NCBI GenBank assembly: GCA_963740315.1
Contig: CAVUDP010000002.1
Span: 3,584,001-3,648,000 of the forward strand
DNA length: 64,000 bases
Source of the DNA: an uncultured cyanobacterium
Lineage (GTDB): Bacteria > Cyanobacteriota > Cyanobacteriia > Cyanobacteriales > Nostocaceae
Reading direction: 5' to 3'
The notes under the pieces were generated by a model. That model saw only the letters and a program-made list of their open reading frames with translations, was not told where the DNA came from and ran no database searches. The translations under genes were made by a program, and so were the position numbers. Below are positions 10,423 through 20,377 of this stretch, one piece after another. The first letter of the stretch is position 1; every line of letters begins with the position of its first letter.

Positions 10423-10744
10423 GATAAACCTGAATAAAATGGTTAACTATAGTTTGAGTCAAGTCTAAAATTAATGTAACTAATATTCCTAAGTAAAAGC
10501 CTCAATTAAGTAAAGTAAAAATGAGTGCTAGTATGACACCGATGAAAGTGGCATAAGAATGAATTAAGCTTGGGTCGGAAATTGACTAAGTTAAGAAGCT
10601 ATTCTCAGAGCTAACTAGCGTGTTATGAGAAAAACTTGGATAATATGCTTCAATTTAGTCAGATTTCCACCGTTCAAAACTTATCAGTTTATAAATTATC
10701 TGATTGCTAAACACTCAATTACACCATCATTCGTGCAAATTTAA

Positions 10745-12067
10745 ATGAAAAAATTAGCGAAACGTTACTCGCCGCTGCGATCGGCTTTTATTGGTGGAGC
10801 AATAGCTACTACAGCAGCAGTGTCTGTATTTGTTCCAGTTTGGTGTCGTTCCGTTCGTGCTGCTCTACAGGATAGCCCGAAAGCGATTGTTGACCAAGTA
10901 TGGCAATTGGTGAATCGCGAGTATGTAGACGGATCGTTTAATAACCAAAATTGGCAAACCGCTAGAAAGACGTTATTAAGCAAAAATTATACTTCCCGCG
11001 AACAAGCTTATACTACAATTCGTCAAACTTTGAAAAGATTGGGCGATCCATACACTCGTTTTATGGACCCCAAAGAATACCAGAGTCTTACTTCTCAGAC
11101 TTCTGGGGAAGTTTCCGGAATTGGTATTCGCATGGAGAAAAATCCACAAACCCAGCTTTTAACAATAGTAGAAGCTTTAGAAAATTCTCCAGCGATGAGC
11201 GCGGGCATTAAAAAGGGCGATGTCATTTTAGCTATTGACGGAAAACCCACCAAAAACATGGAAATAGAGGATGCCTCCAACTTAATTCGAGGTAAGGTAG
11301 GTACTTCCATCAATTTACGTATGGGAAGACCTGCTCAAAAAGCATTTGATGTCAAGCTGACGCGAGCGACTATTGAAGTGCCAACCGTGCGTTATACCCT
11401 GAGAAAAGAAGGTAATCGGCAGATTGGCTATATCCACTTGCGGGAATTCAGCGCTCACGCAGCAGAACAAATGCAGCGTGCTATCCGTAAATTGAACGCT
11501 AGTAACGTTGACGGCTTCGTACTAGACTTGCGAGGAAATCCGGGTGGTTTGTTAAATGCAAGCATTGAAATTGCTCGGATGTGGCTTGATGAAGGTTCAA
11601 TTGTTCGCACTGAAGATCGTAAAGGTGGAAGCGAATTAACAAAAGCCAACAGTACGGCTTTGACAAATCGCCCCTTGGTAGTCTTAGTAGACAATAATTC
11701 AGCTAGTGCGAGTGAAATTCTTACAGGCGCACTTAAAGATAACAAGCGAGCAACCGTAATTGGCTCGAAAACCTTTGGAAAAGCATTAGTACAATCAGTC
11801 CACGAACTAGCAGATGGTTCCGGTGTCGCTATTACTATTGCTCATTACTATACTCCTAAAGGAACCGATATCAATAAAAAGGGAATTACACCCGATATTG
11901 AAATGGATTTGACTGCATCTCAGCAACGTCAACTTGCTTCCGATCCAAAATTAATCGGAACAAATAAAGATCCTCATTATGCGCGGGCACTGTCAATTTT
12001 ATCAAATAACAACTTTGCATCTCAAGAGCAAAATCACTTTTCTCGCAAACCTTTGCAGATTCGCTAG
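10745..12067 (+). CDS. ctpB: Carboxyl-terminal processing protease (S41 family, PDZ domain)
   Basis: LGDPYT, GIGI PDZ motif, DLRGNPGG, SASASEI, TFGKALVQ; paralog name tentative. Confidence 0.9.
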   Translation: MKKLAKRYSPLRSAFIGGAIATTAAVSVFVPVWCRSVRAALQDSPKAIVDQVWQLVNREYVDGSFNNQNWQTARKTLLSKNYTSREQAYTTIRQTLKRLGDPYTRFMDPKEYQSLTSQTSGEVSGIGIRMEKNPQTQLLTIVEALENSPAMSAGIKKGDVILAIDGKPTKNMEIEDASNLIRGKVGTSINLRMGRPAQKAFDVKLTRATIEVPTVRYTLRKEGNRQIGYIHLREFSAHAAEQMQRAIRKLNASNVDGFVLDLRGNPGGLLNASIEIARMWLDEGSIVRTEDRKGGSELTKANSTALTNRPLVVLVDNNSASASEILTGALKDNKRATVIGSKTFGKALVQSVHELADGSGVAITIAHYYTPKGTDINKKGITPDIEMDLTASQQRQLASDPKLIGTNKDPHYARALSILSNNNFASQEQNHFSRKPLQIR

Positions 12068-12106
12068 TGTTAAACGTTTATTAGTTATGATTTATCAGTT
12101 TTAAGC

Positions 12107-12147
12107 AGCGTTGGTGGTGGGTTAACCCACTATCAACGTTTTCTTTT
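12107..12147 (+). terminator. Intrinsic terminator after the ctp gene
   Basis: AGCGTTGGTGGTGGG-TTAA-CCCACTATCAACGTT followed by TTCTTTT. Confidence 0.8.
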
Positions 12148-12337
12148 AGTAAGGTTTTTTTCTCCGTAATCTTCTGGTGCTACGGGAGCGAACGCTGTTT
12201 AACTAAAATTTTGAGTTCTCGCTATCCCGATTTATTAAAATTAACAACGAAAATGTTTTTGAATTGGGAATAATAAAAATTAAAGGGTTAGTAGTTGTTT
12301 ACGCTCAAACCAATAATTCCTAGTCAAGAATCTCGAT

Positions 12338-13306
12338 ATGAATAACGAATTATTTAAGACAACCGCAACCAATACCTTTAAACCCCAGGTATCGGTGGTG
12401 ATTCCTATTTATAACGGTACGGCAGATTTACCAGAATTAATTAATTGTCTATTGGCTCAAACCTATCCAAAAGAACAGATAGAGTATTTGCTGGTAGACA
12501 ATAATAGTAGCGATGGTACTGCTGAATTATTAAAAGCTGCTTCAGAAAATTGCCCAATTAAAATTCGTGCTTTGAGCGAAAACGAAATTCAAAGTTCTTA
12601 CGCCGCACGCAACACCGGAATTCGTGAAGCGAAAAGCGAAATCATTGCTTTTACCGATGCTGATTGCCGTCCCCAGCCACAGTGGTTAGAAGCATTAGTT
12701 CAACCTTTTGTTAGCCAAAACGTGGTAATTGTCGCCGGTGAAATTACGGCGTTGCCTGGTAATAGTTTATTAGAGAAATACGCAGACCAGCAAGAAACTC
12801 TATCGCAAAAACATACATTAGCGAATAAATTTTGTGCTTACGGACAAACCGCAAATTTAGCAATTCGTCGGTTGGCATTAGAAAAAGCCGGGTTATTCCG
12901 TCCTTACTTAACAACTGGGGGCGATGCTGATATATGTTGGCGGATTTTGCAACTTGAGATTGGAAGTTTAGAATTTGCGCCTTGTGCAATCGTTCAGCAT
13001 CATCATAGAACCACATTAAAAGAACTTTTGAGTCAATGGCAACGTTATGGGCGTTCCAATAGCTATCTCCACGAACTACACGGCGTAGAATTGATGCGCG
13101 AGATAAAACTGTCGGTATGCTACTATGGGCTGTTGCGTTGGTTGGTTAAAGAACTGCCCAAAACTAGTTTGAAAACAATATTGGGTAAAGCAAGCCTTTT
13201 AGATTTAGTAAGCACACCAATCGGCTTGTTCACCGCTAGAGCGCGTTACTTAGGACAACTGCAAGCACAATTACCTTCTCAAGCTAAGAACATTGAATGG
13301 CTTTGA
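12338..13306 (+). CDS. Glycosyltransferase family 2
   Basis: VSVVIPIYN, VDNNSSD, AARNTG and FTDAD (DxD) motifs. Confidence 0.92.
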   Translation: MNNELFKTTATNTFKPQVSVVIPIYNGTADLPELINCLLAQTYPKEQIEYLLVDNNSSDGTAELLKAASENCPIKIRALSENEIQSSYAARNTGIREAKSEIIAFTDADCRPQPQWLEALVQPFVSQNVVIVAGEITALPGNSLLEKYADQQETLSQKHTLANKFCAYGQTANLAIRRLALEKAGLFRPYLTTGGDADICWRILQLEIGSLEFAPCAIVQHHHRTTLKELLSQWQRYGRSNSYLHELHGVELMREIKLSVCYYGLLRWLVKELPKTSLKTILGKASLLDLVSTPIGLFTARARYLGQLQAQLPSQAKNIEWL

Positions 13307-13308
13307 GA

Positions 13309-13448
13309 CAGTTAGCAGTTAGCAGTTAGCAGTTAGCAGTTAGCAGTTAGCAGTTAGCAGTTAGCAGTTAGCAGTTAGCAGTTAGCAGTTAGCAGTTAGC
13401 AGTTAGCAGTTAGCAGTTAGCAGTTAACAGTTAGCAGTTAGCAGTTAA
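13309..13448. repeat. (CAGTTAG) tandem heptamer array, ~20 units
   Basis: Near-perfect tandem array directly after the stop codon. Confidence 0.97.
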
Positions 13449-13450
13449 TT

Positions 13451-13640
13451 TCCCCCGAACCCCATCTCCCCCGCTCGCCGCACGCTCCGCGTGTTCAGCG
13501 CGGCACGACTCGTTAGAGTAACGGGTTGCGCCACTTCTCTCAACGGTCGTGTTCCTCCGCACGTTTTGGGCTTACCATCTCCCCCTCTCCCCCGAACCCC
13601 ATCTCCCCCGAACCCCATCTCCCCCTCTCCCCATCTCCCC
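13451..13640. repeat. CCCCATCT/CCCCGAA STRR interrupted by a ~100-nt GC-rich insert
   Basis: STRR units flank the GC-rich segment 13473-13573. Confidence 0.7.
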
Positions 13641-13705
13641 TGCTTTTTTTCAAACTGTTGCCAAATTTCGCTAAATTGGAAAATGTACAATGTAGGATAA
13701 TTGAG

Positions 13706-14401
13706 ATGACAGCACAACTGTTACTGGTTGATGATGAACCCGGATTGCGCGAAGCGGTAAAAGATTACTTGGAAGCGAGTAATTTTAACGTTCAAGTTTC
13801 CAGTAACGCTCGTGATGCTTGGGAGTGGATGCAGCAAAATACACCAGATTTGGTCATCTCCGATATTATGATGCCTCAAGTAGATGGTTATCAATTTCTC
13901 AAGCAACTCCGAGATGATACTCGTTTTAAAACATTACCAGTAATATTTTTGACTGCAAAAGGTATGACTGGCGATCGCATTCAAGGTTATCAAGCTGGTG
14001 TTGATGCGTATTTACCCAAACCTTTCGATCCAGATGAGTTAGTCGCAATTGTGGAAAACTTGATTGCTCGTCGCGCCGCCAAAACAAGTGCGAGTGTGGA
14101 GGAAGGAGAAACCCCAGACTTAGCTGAATTAGCCTCTCAGATTGCTCAAATTAAGGCGTTACTGACTCAAAAAACTGCCATCACTCAATCAAGCGCACCT
14201 TTCAATATTGACTTAACTCCCAGAGAACAAAGCGTTTTAAATCTGGTTGCTGAAGGATTAATGAATAAAGAAATTGCTCGGCGCTTAGAAACAAGTGTTC
14301 GCAACGTGGAAAAATACGTTAGCCGTTTGTTTAGTAAAACCGGGACAAATAGCCGTACTGAATTGGTTCGCTTTGCTTTGGAACACGGTTTAGCTAATTA
14401 A
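13706..14401 (+). CDS. ycf29: NarL/LuxR-family response regulator (Ycf29/Rre1 type)
   Basis: LLVDDE, ISDIMMP, FLTAKG, YLPKPF and C-terminal HTH LTPREQ...NKEIA; true start ATG 13706, since the upstream ORF extension is repeat-derived. Confidence 0.85.
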   Translation: MTAQLLLVDDEPGLREAVKDYLEASNFNVQVSSNARDAWEWMQQNTPDLVISDIMMPQVDGYQFLKQLRDDTRFKTLPVIFLTAKGMTGDRIQGYQAGVDAYLPKPFDPDELVAIVENLIARRAAKTSASVEEGETPDLAELASQIAQIKALLTQKTAITQSSAPFNIDLTPREQSVLNLVAEGLMNKEIARRLETSVRNVEKYVSRLFSKTGTNSRTELVRFALEHGLAN

Positions 14402-15461
14402 ACAAACCAATTTTAGTTTGATTAAAATTTTTTATAGCTCTGAATTTATCGTAAGGTAAATCTAATACTAAGGGCTTTAAAAAATAAATTAAATTTTTAG
14501 ATTTCCTAAAACCTTTTTCCTATAAAGCTTTAGGAAACTTGTTTAAAAAGATGGGTTTCTCTATCCGCACAGTATTAAAGGCAAATAAAATTATCTAATT
14601 TTGAGGGAAGTTGCTTGAATAAACCTAAAAAATAATTAGGTAATATTACGAATTTACAGGTATTAAATCATAGGTAATTATTAAGTAGTCAAACGGCAGT
14701 TTAAGTGTCTGAAGCTAAAAGCAAAAATGAGTCCTAGCGGTGATTTCGTTCTGCATCTACTTTGCTTATCAATCAAATTTATTTAATATAAATAATCGTT
14801 ATTACCTATATCTATTTATACGTATGGCTAAAAAAAATCAAAATTATCTTCTTTTCTTAATGATTTCAAAGTATGCATGGGACGAAGGCAAATGTTCCTA
14901 ACTTATCCCACGCATTGCTTCTATCTCAACTCTAAGTACACAAAATTTCGGGAACTATCGGGAACTATAACGAATGGCTTTAGTATCTTAAGCCACGAAT
15001 CAACGAGCAAAAATTATCAAATCTTTCTAAGGTAACGGATGCTTGTTTGCTTGCTTGGGTTTTTATGCCTTCTTGAAGGAGGGTACGAATACTACCACAA
15101 ATTTCTTTAATAGTAACAAATCTCTTCTTCCCTGGTATCTCAATATTCGTAGACCGTAACCTGCCTTGAAGCAAGGCTAAAATGCTGATTAGTAGGCACC
15201 CAATTACTATCAATATCGTACATAATTCTTGAAGGTTACTGTAGACGCAACCCCGTCATAGACCGTAAGTAGATGCCGGGTAGACGCACTTTTTGTAGCG
15301 TTTTGAGAATTATTCGGTAAACCCAGCTTTGGAATAGGCTTGAGTAATACCCGTTAACTTGTTGTGGAAAAAAATTAAGTTCCAGATTTCAACTTAAAAA
15401 TTTACCAAATTTATGTAGAAAAACTACACAACCTGCCGCTACTTCATACGACGCTCGTTAC

Positions 15462-15743
15462 CTATTGGTTTATTTCGGTAGAGTTACGCAACCGCATTAG
15501 CTGTCGTCGCATCTGCGGCGAGGCTTTTAACTCTGTTGTGTGGTGAACCTTCACAACCTGCTGCAACATCTCTAGAAAGTCGTCAGAACCTTCGGTTAAC
15601 GCATCTAGCAGCACCTGCAACAGTTGTTCGCGATCGCCCAATAAACTCTTTTCCTCAATCAGTCGAAATTTGAGATTGATTTCGCACTCATAAACACCTA
15701 CTTCGACATTGTTTATTTGGCGTGGTAATGCTTTCGAGTTCAT
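15462..15743 (-). CDS. Npun_R1517-family small protein (heterocyst-differentiation associated)
   Basis: MNSKALPRQINNVEVGVYECEINLKFRLIEEK recognised from memory. Confidence 0.75.
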   Translation of the reverse strand: MNSKALPRQINNVEVGVYECEINLKFRLIEEKSLLGDREQLLQVLLDALTEGSDDFLEMLQQVVKVHHTTELKASPQMRRQLMRLRNSTEINQ

Positions 15744-16546
15744 AGTTGTTACGATTCCTTTACTCGGTGGTCATGGGGGTGATTTCGTTTTATCTCAAGC
15801 AAAAGCTCTTCATATTTTGTTTGAAATCGAAAGTAGTGTTTGACTTTGCAAGAAGAAAAATCATCCATCTTTATTTGTATTGCATTTCACTTTGGGCATC
15901 GATCGTTTGTAGGTAGACTAACTGATTCTATAATTTTATATTCATGCACCAATAACAGTTCTAGCAAACCCTAAACTATTATTCAGTTTTTAAACTTCTA
16001 TACAATGAAGTTTCTGTAAGAACTTGCTAGAGCTTTTTAAAGGTTTTTACATCAAAGTTTTCTCCACGTCAATAACAGTTTTACTTTTAACTTAAACAAG
16101 AGTAATACTACGTAAGTAAAAACGCTGAAATTATTTTATTAGACTATAGCCTATGGTTGTGGTTTGGCAATTCCGTAAAATTACTAGATGTAGGTTTTAT
16201 TCATTAAAAAAACACAATGTCGGTATTGCGACCATAATTTTTAAGGGTAAATTTAGTTTACGAGCATCAATTAATACCACTACTAAATTGCTTCTTCTGA
16301 ATAAGACAAATGAGAATTATTGTAGATGGCGATTCAAGCTTACCAGAGTGACCCCTATGGTAAATTTGTGTTCCCCAATCAATAAAAACATCAAAATGGG
16401 GCAAGAAAGTTATTGATGCAAAAATTAATTTGGATGCGCGGGTTTATAGTTTGGAATTTGTACTGCTTTCTTGTTGAGGTTTCAAGCAGGAATTTAGAGT
16501 TTACAATAATTGGAGTGTTACTTAACGAAATCGACAAAAGCCTCCT

Positions 16547-16903
16547 ATGGATAACCAGATGCTGCTCAAATCCACAACTCGCCATATCCGTATTTTTGCG
16601 GCAGAAGTTGAGGATGGCGAATTGGTTCCTAGCAATCAGGTCTTGACTTTAGATATTGACCCAGATAATGAATTCACCTGGAGTGAAGACGCTCTACAGG
16701 TTGTATATCGTAAATTTGATGAATTAGTCGAAGCGGCGAGCGGCACAGATTTAACAGACTATAACCTGCGTCGTATTGGCTCAGATTTAGAACATTTTGT
16801 GCGATCGCTTCTACAGATGGGTTCAATTAGCTACAACATTTCCGCACGAGTCAATAACTATAGTATGGGACTTCCCCGAGTCGCAGTGGATGAAAGTAAT
16901 TAG
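16547..16903 (+). CDS. ndhM: NAD(P)H-quinone oxidoreductase subunit M
   Basis: [32 protein letters not shown] and NYSMGLP motifs. Confidence 0.95.
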   Translation: MDNQMLLKSTTRHIRIFAAEVEDGELVPSNQVLTLDIDPDNEFTWSEDALQVVYRKFDELVEAASGTDLTDYNLRRIGSDLEHFVRSLLQMGSISYNISARVNNYSMGLPRVAVDESN

Positions 16904-17164
16904 AATTGGTCTTTATATATTTCGTTAAAAATTTATAAAGATACTAGGGTGGTAATTTAAGGTGAGCAATTGACGTATGTTCGACTTAACCCAACTTACT
17001 TACCTGAAATAAGTTCTAAATCTTCATGCAAACTTTACATTGTTGACGGCATTTGCGGCTTAATTAACAATTTTGCCGCATTTAGTCCAAAATTTGATGT
17101 TCGTGCATCTACGATTGCCTAAGTCCTAGATATCTCAGATTATTCGTATAATCGATAATTATCT

Positions 17165-17203
17165 TTGCCGGCTACCTGATTACAAAAAGGTAGTCGGCAG
17201 AAA
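17165..17203. terminator. Strong hairpin, probable terminator
   Basis: TGCCGGCTACCT-N10-AGGTAGTCGGCA. Confidence 0.6.
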
Positions 17204-17876
17204 TTTATAGTCTAATTTATTTTAATAACTTTAAAAAATCGAGTTTCTCAAATAATAATTTCACTTTGAGAATTTAAGTATTCTGAAGAAACGCAGCTTA
17301 TATGCTTAATGCAAGATATAAATTTATTAATATAGCTGTATTGATTACTGAGTATAAGCTTAAACATATAGCTAAACATAGCGGAAAAAGCAGTCGATCG
17401 GATAGTAGTAAGACAACTTTTTCGCATTAAGCAAATGTTCGGCTCCCCGGCGAGAAACTAATTGGAAAATATATATGTAAAAAAGACAGTCTTATTACTG
17501 AAGTATACGGTAATATAGATAACCTAAAAGAACTAAATAATGATTTGTAAAATAAAAATATATGTAGAAAAAAGATAAAAAATTAAGAAATTATATTCAA
17601 TAAAGTGTATGGCTTGACTCTTTCTGTGAGTCTGCTAGCCTGCAAAATAGTATGAGCATCACGCTAAAGGTGGTAATTTTTTATATACTTTTTTAAAAGA
17701 CGTATCGTGGCTAATTAATTGCCTAGATTCCTAAAGTTGCTATACTACCTACTCTCGTGTCTGTTTTAGCCCGAGTCAAAATGGAATATATCGTTTTATG
17801 CGAACGCGAACGGCTCCTAAGCCGTTGTGTATGAATAAAGAAAAATGAACATGAATCGCCTTTTCGGTGGGAAACT

Positions 17877-20279
17877 ATGGAAAATGATGCGGCAACGCTC
17901 TACTGTCCAAACGAACTTTGTCAAGCTGCTAACCCCCTTACCCACAAGTTTTGCCAGAAATGTAAGACATCCCTGCCCAAACGTTATCTTTGGGCTGTGG
18001 CTGAAAATTCGATTGTGGGTAATTCTGGGGAATTGTTACAAGAGCGTTATTTAATTATTGAACATAATGTTTTATTAGATACTAAACCCGGTCTTCTGCC
18101 ACAAATTCCCGAACAACAAAAGTTAGATGATATAAAATCCTATCTCAGATTAATTCCCTATCGCTTACACCTTCCTCAAGTTTACGGACTACTATCTTTA
18201 AATACTGGGAACAGCCCCAAAGAAATATTACTTTTAGAAAAACCCCCGCTTGTTCTCCATGAATCGCCGATAAAAATACAATTGTGTGGCGAATTGACAA
18301 ATGCTTGGAAGAGCGCAACTTCTAGAAGACAACTCAATTGGCTGTGGCAAATAGCTCAGTTATGGCAACCTTTGGCTAGCGTTGGTGTTGCTTCTAGCTT
18401 ACTGAACAAAAATTTAATTAGGGCGGAAGGTTCGATAGTACGCTTATTAGAATTAAGTTCCGATCGAGATACACCAAATTTGTCCGATTTGGGAGAGTTT
18501 TGGCAACGAGAGCTACTCCCAAGCGCACAACCGGCGATTCGCAATTTTATGGGCGAGACTTGTCGTTTATTGATGTCGGTGGAAATACGTTCGAGCGAAC
18601 AGTTAATTGCTGTTTTAGATCGAGGATTAACATCTTTAAGCGAGCATCACTTACCTACCATCAAAGTGTTCGCGCTAACAGATACAGGACCTTCGCGCCA
18701 ACGTAATGAAGATTCTTGTTATCCCCAAAGCGGTACTACGATCGCAAAACCACCAGCAAAGTCAGCTTTAACTATTGTTTGCGACGGTATTGGCGGACAT
18801 GAAGGAGGTAATGTAGCTTCTAAGAGTGCCATTGAAACGATTCAACAGCAGGTAGGGCAATTAGCTTCTTTACCATCCGATCGTATTAATCCGGTTGCAC
18901 TGCTTGTGGATTTGGAACATGCTGCTGCGGCTGCTAACGATAAAATTAGCCAACTTAACGATAGCGAAAATCGTCAGGGACGGCAGCGCATGGGGACTAC
19001 TCTGGTGATGGCGTTGCCAGTTGCCCATGAAATGTATGTTGCTCACGTGGGTGACAGTCGCGCTTACTTGATTACGCGCAATAACTGTCATCAGATAACT
19101 CTTGACGATGATGTAGCTTCACGGGAAGTACGACTCGGCTATGCGGTTTATCGAGATGCCGTACAGCAAGCTGCTTCTGGTTCTTTGGTTCAAGCATTAG
19201 GGATGAATGCTAGTAGCGCTTTACACCCAACAGCCCAGCGGTTCATCCTCGATGAAGACTGTGTATTTTTACTATGTTCCGATGGTCTAAGTGATTTTGA
19301 CCGTGTAGAACAACACTGGGAAACAGAAATCCTGCCGTTATTAAATAACAAAGGCGATGTAGTTAGTGTTACTAAGCAATTGTTAGAGATTGCTAACAAT
19401 CAAAATGGTCATGATAATGTGACTATTGCCTCGATGCATTGTCAAACTAAATATTCCGAGCCGAAGTCACCATTGTCCGTAAGTCTTGCCGATGTTTCTT
19501 CAATTGCGGTTGCCGATCCACCCTTAGCTCCACCGGCGCAAATTCCCAATCAAAAAACCCAAGTCATTCCCGAACAAAGTACTCGTAGTAAAGGCTTAAA
19601 TTTACCTTTAATGTTAGGAATAGTAGCTTTACTAGCTTTCGTAGGTGTTGGTTTGGGATTTTTCAATAACCAAAGCAATAAAACAGAAGCACCCAGAATA
19701 GCAAAAACACCGCAAAATAGCCCCGAGCCTTCTGTTGAGACTAATTCTCAAAGACTTGCCAAAATAGACCAAGGTTGGTTGATTAATATCAAAACCAAAA
19801 TTAATCTCAGTAAAAGTACAACACCACCTGCTGATGAACAGATATCGAAGCCGCTAGCAATTTATGCACCACCTGGTAGTTTGTTACAGGTTGTGAAAAA
19901 ACAGCAGACTTCACCACAAGACTATTGGCTACAAACAAAGGTATGCTCAGTCGGAGAAGAAGTCCGAACGACAAATGCGTCTGCTCCAACTTCAACTTCT
20001 ATCGGTAGCAAAACCTTACTTAAACCGGGCGAACAGGTATGGCTTAAACTTTCGGAACTGACACCATCTAATGCTACATTTAGTAAACCAAGTACTTTAT
20101 CAAACGACTGTTCCCCATCGGATAGTTTGCCTCCAGCGATTGAAGATTCTTCGACTTCACCGCCTGTAGAAGATTCCCCCTCCCCCATTCAGCCGTTAAT
20201 TCAACCAAAACCTGGTAATATCCCCGGTAGGACAACATTACCCCAAACGGGTAACAGCACTGATTCCAAAACTCGATAA
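17877..20279 (+). CDS. Membrane-anchored PP2C (PPM) Ser/Thr phosphatase with N-terminal Zn ribbon and degenerate kinase-like region
   Basis: CPNELC..CQKC; RQRNED, CDGIGGH, MGTT, HVGDSR, CSDGL and GHDN motifs; TM near aa 575-595; Pro/Ser/Thr-rich tail. Confidence 0.9.
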   Translation: MENDAATLYCPNELCQAANPLTHKFCQKCKTSLPKRYLWAVAENSIVGNSGELLQERYLIIEHNVLLDTKPGLLPQIPEQQKLDDIKSYLRLIPYRLHLPQVYGLLSLNTGNSPKEILLLEKPPLVLHESPIKIQLCGELTNAWKSATSRRQLNWLWQIAQLWQPLASVGVASSLLNKNLIRAEGSIVRLLELSSDRDTPNLSDLGEFWQRELLPSAQPAIRNFMGETCRLLMSVEIRSSEQLIAVLDRGLTSLSEHHLPTIKVFALTDTGPSRQRNEDSCYPQSGTTIAKPPAKSALTIVCDGIGGHEGGNVASKSAIETIQQQVGQLASLPSDRINPVALLVDLEHAAAAANDKISQLNDSENRQGRQRMGTTLVMALPVAHEMYVAHVGDSRAYLITRNNCHQITLDDDVASREVRLGYAVYRDAVQQAASGSLVQALGMNASSALHPTAQRFILDEDCVFLLCSDGLSDFDRVEQHWETEILPLLNNKGDVVSVTKQLLEIANNQNGHDNVTIASMHCQTKYSEPKSPLSVSLADVSSIAVADPPLAPPAQIPNQKTQVIPEQSTRSKGLNLPLMLGIVALLAFVGVGLGFFNNQSNKTEAPRIAKTPQNSPEPSVETNSQRLAKIDQGWLINIKTKINLSKSTTPPADEQISKPLAIYAPPGSLLQVVKKQQTSPQDYWLQTKVCSVGEEVRTTNASAPTSTSIGSKTLLKPGEQVWLKLSELTPSNATFSKPSTLSNDCSPSDSLPPAIEDSSTSPPVEDSPSPIQPLIQPKPGNIPGRTTLPQTGNSTDSKTR

Positions 20280-20377
20280 ACTATAAGAAACTGAAATAAT
20301 ACAGGTAATCGCCTGAAAAGTTAATTTTTAGGCAAACATTTTGCCTGAAAAAAATTACCTTTAAGTTTAAAGAATCC

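Noticed and set aside
13445..13717. Short ORFs and N-terminal extension of the response regulator
   Set aside because: Translations of STRR and repeat DNA; the receiver domain begins at ATG 13706
14980..15213. 77-aa ORF
   Set aside because: Non-ATG start, no recognisable motif or RBS
15415..15427. NtcA box GTAGAAAAACTAC
   Set aside because: Spacer is 7 nt rather than 8, and it lies downstream of a gene
16153..16646. Short ORFs upstream of and overlapping ndhM
   Set aside because: No motifs; they overlap the promoter region and the real ndhM
17400..17460. tRNA-like T-arm (GTTCGGCTCCCC)
   Set aside because: No acceptor, D or anticodon stems can be formed
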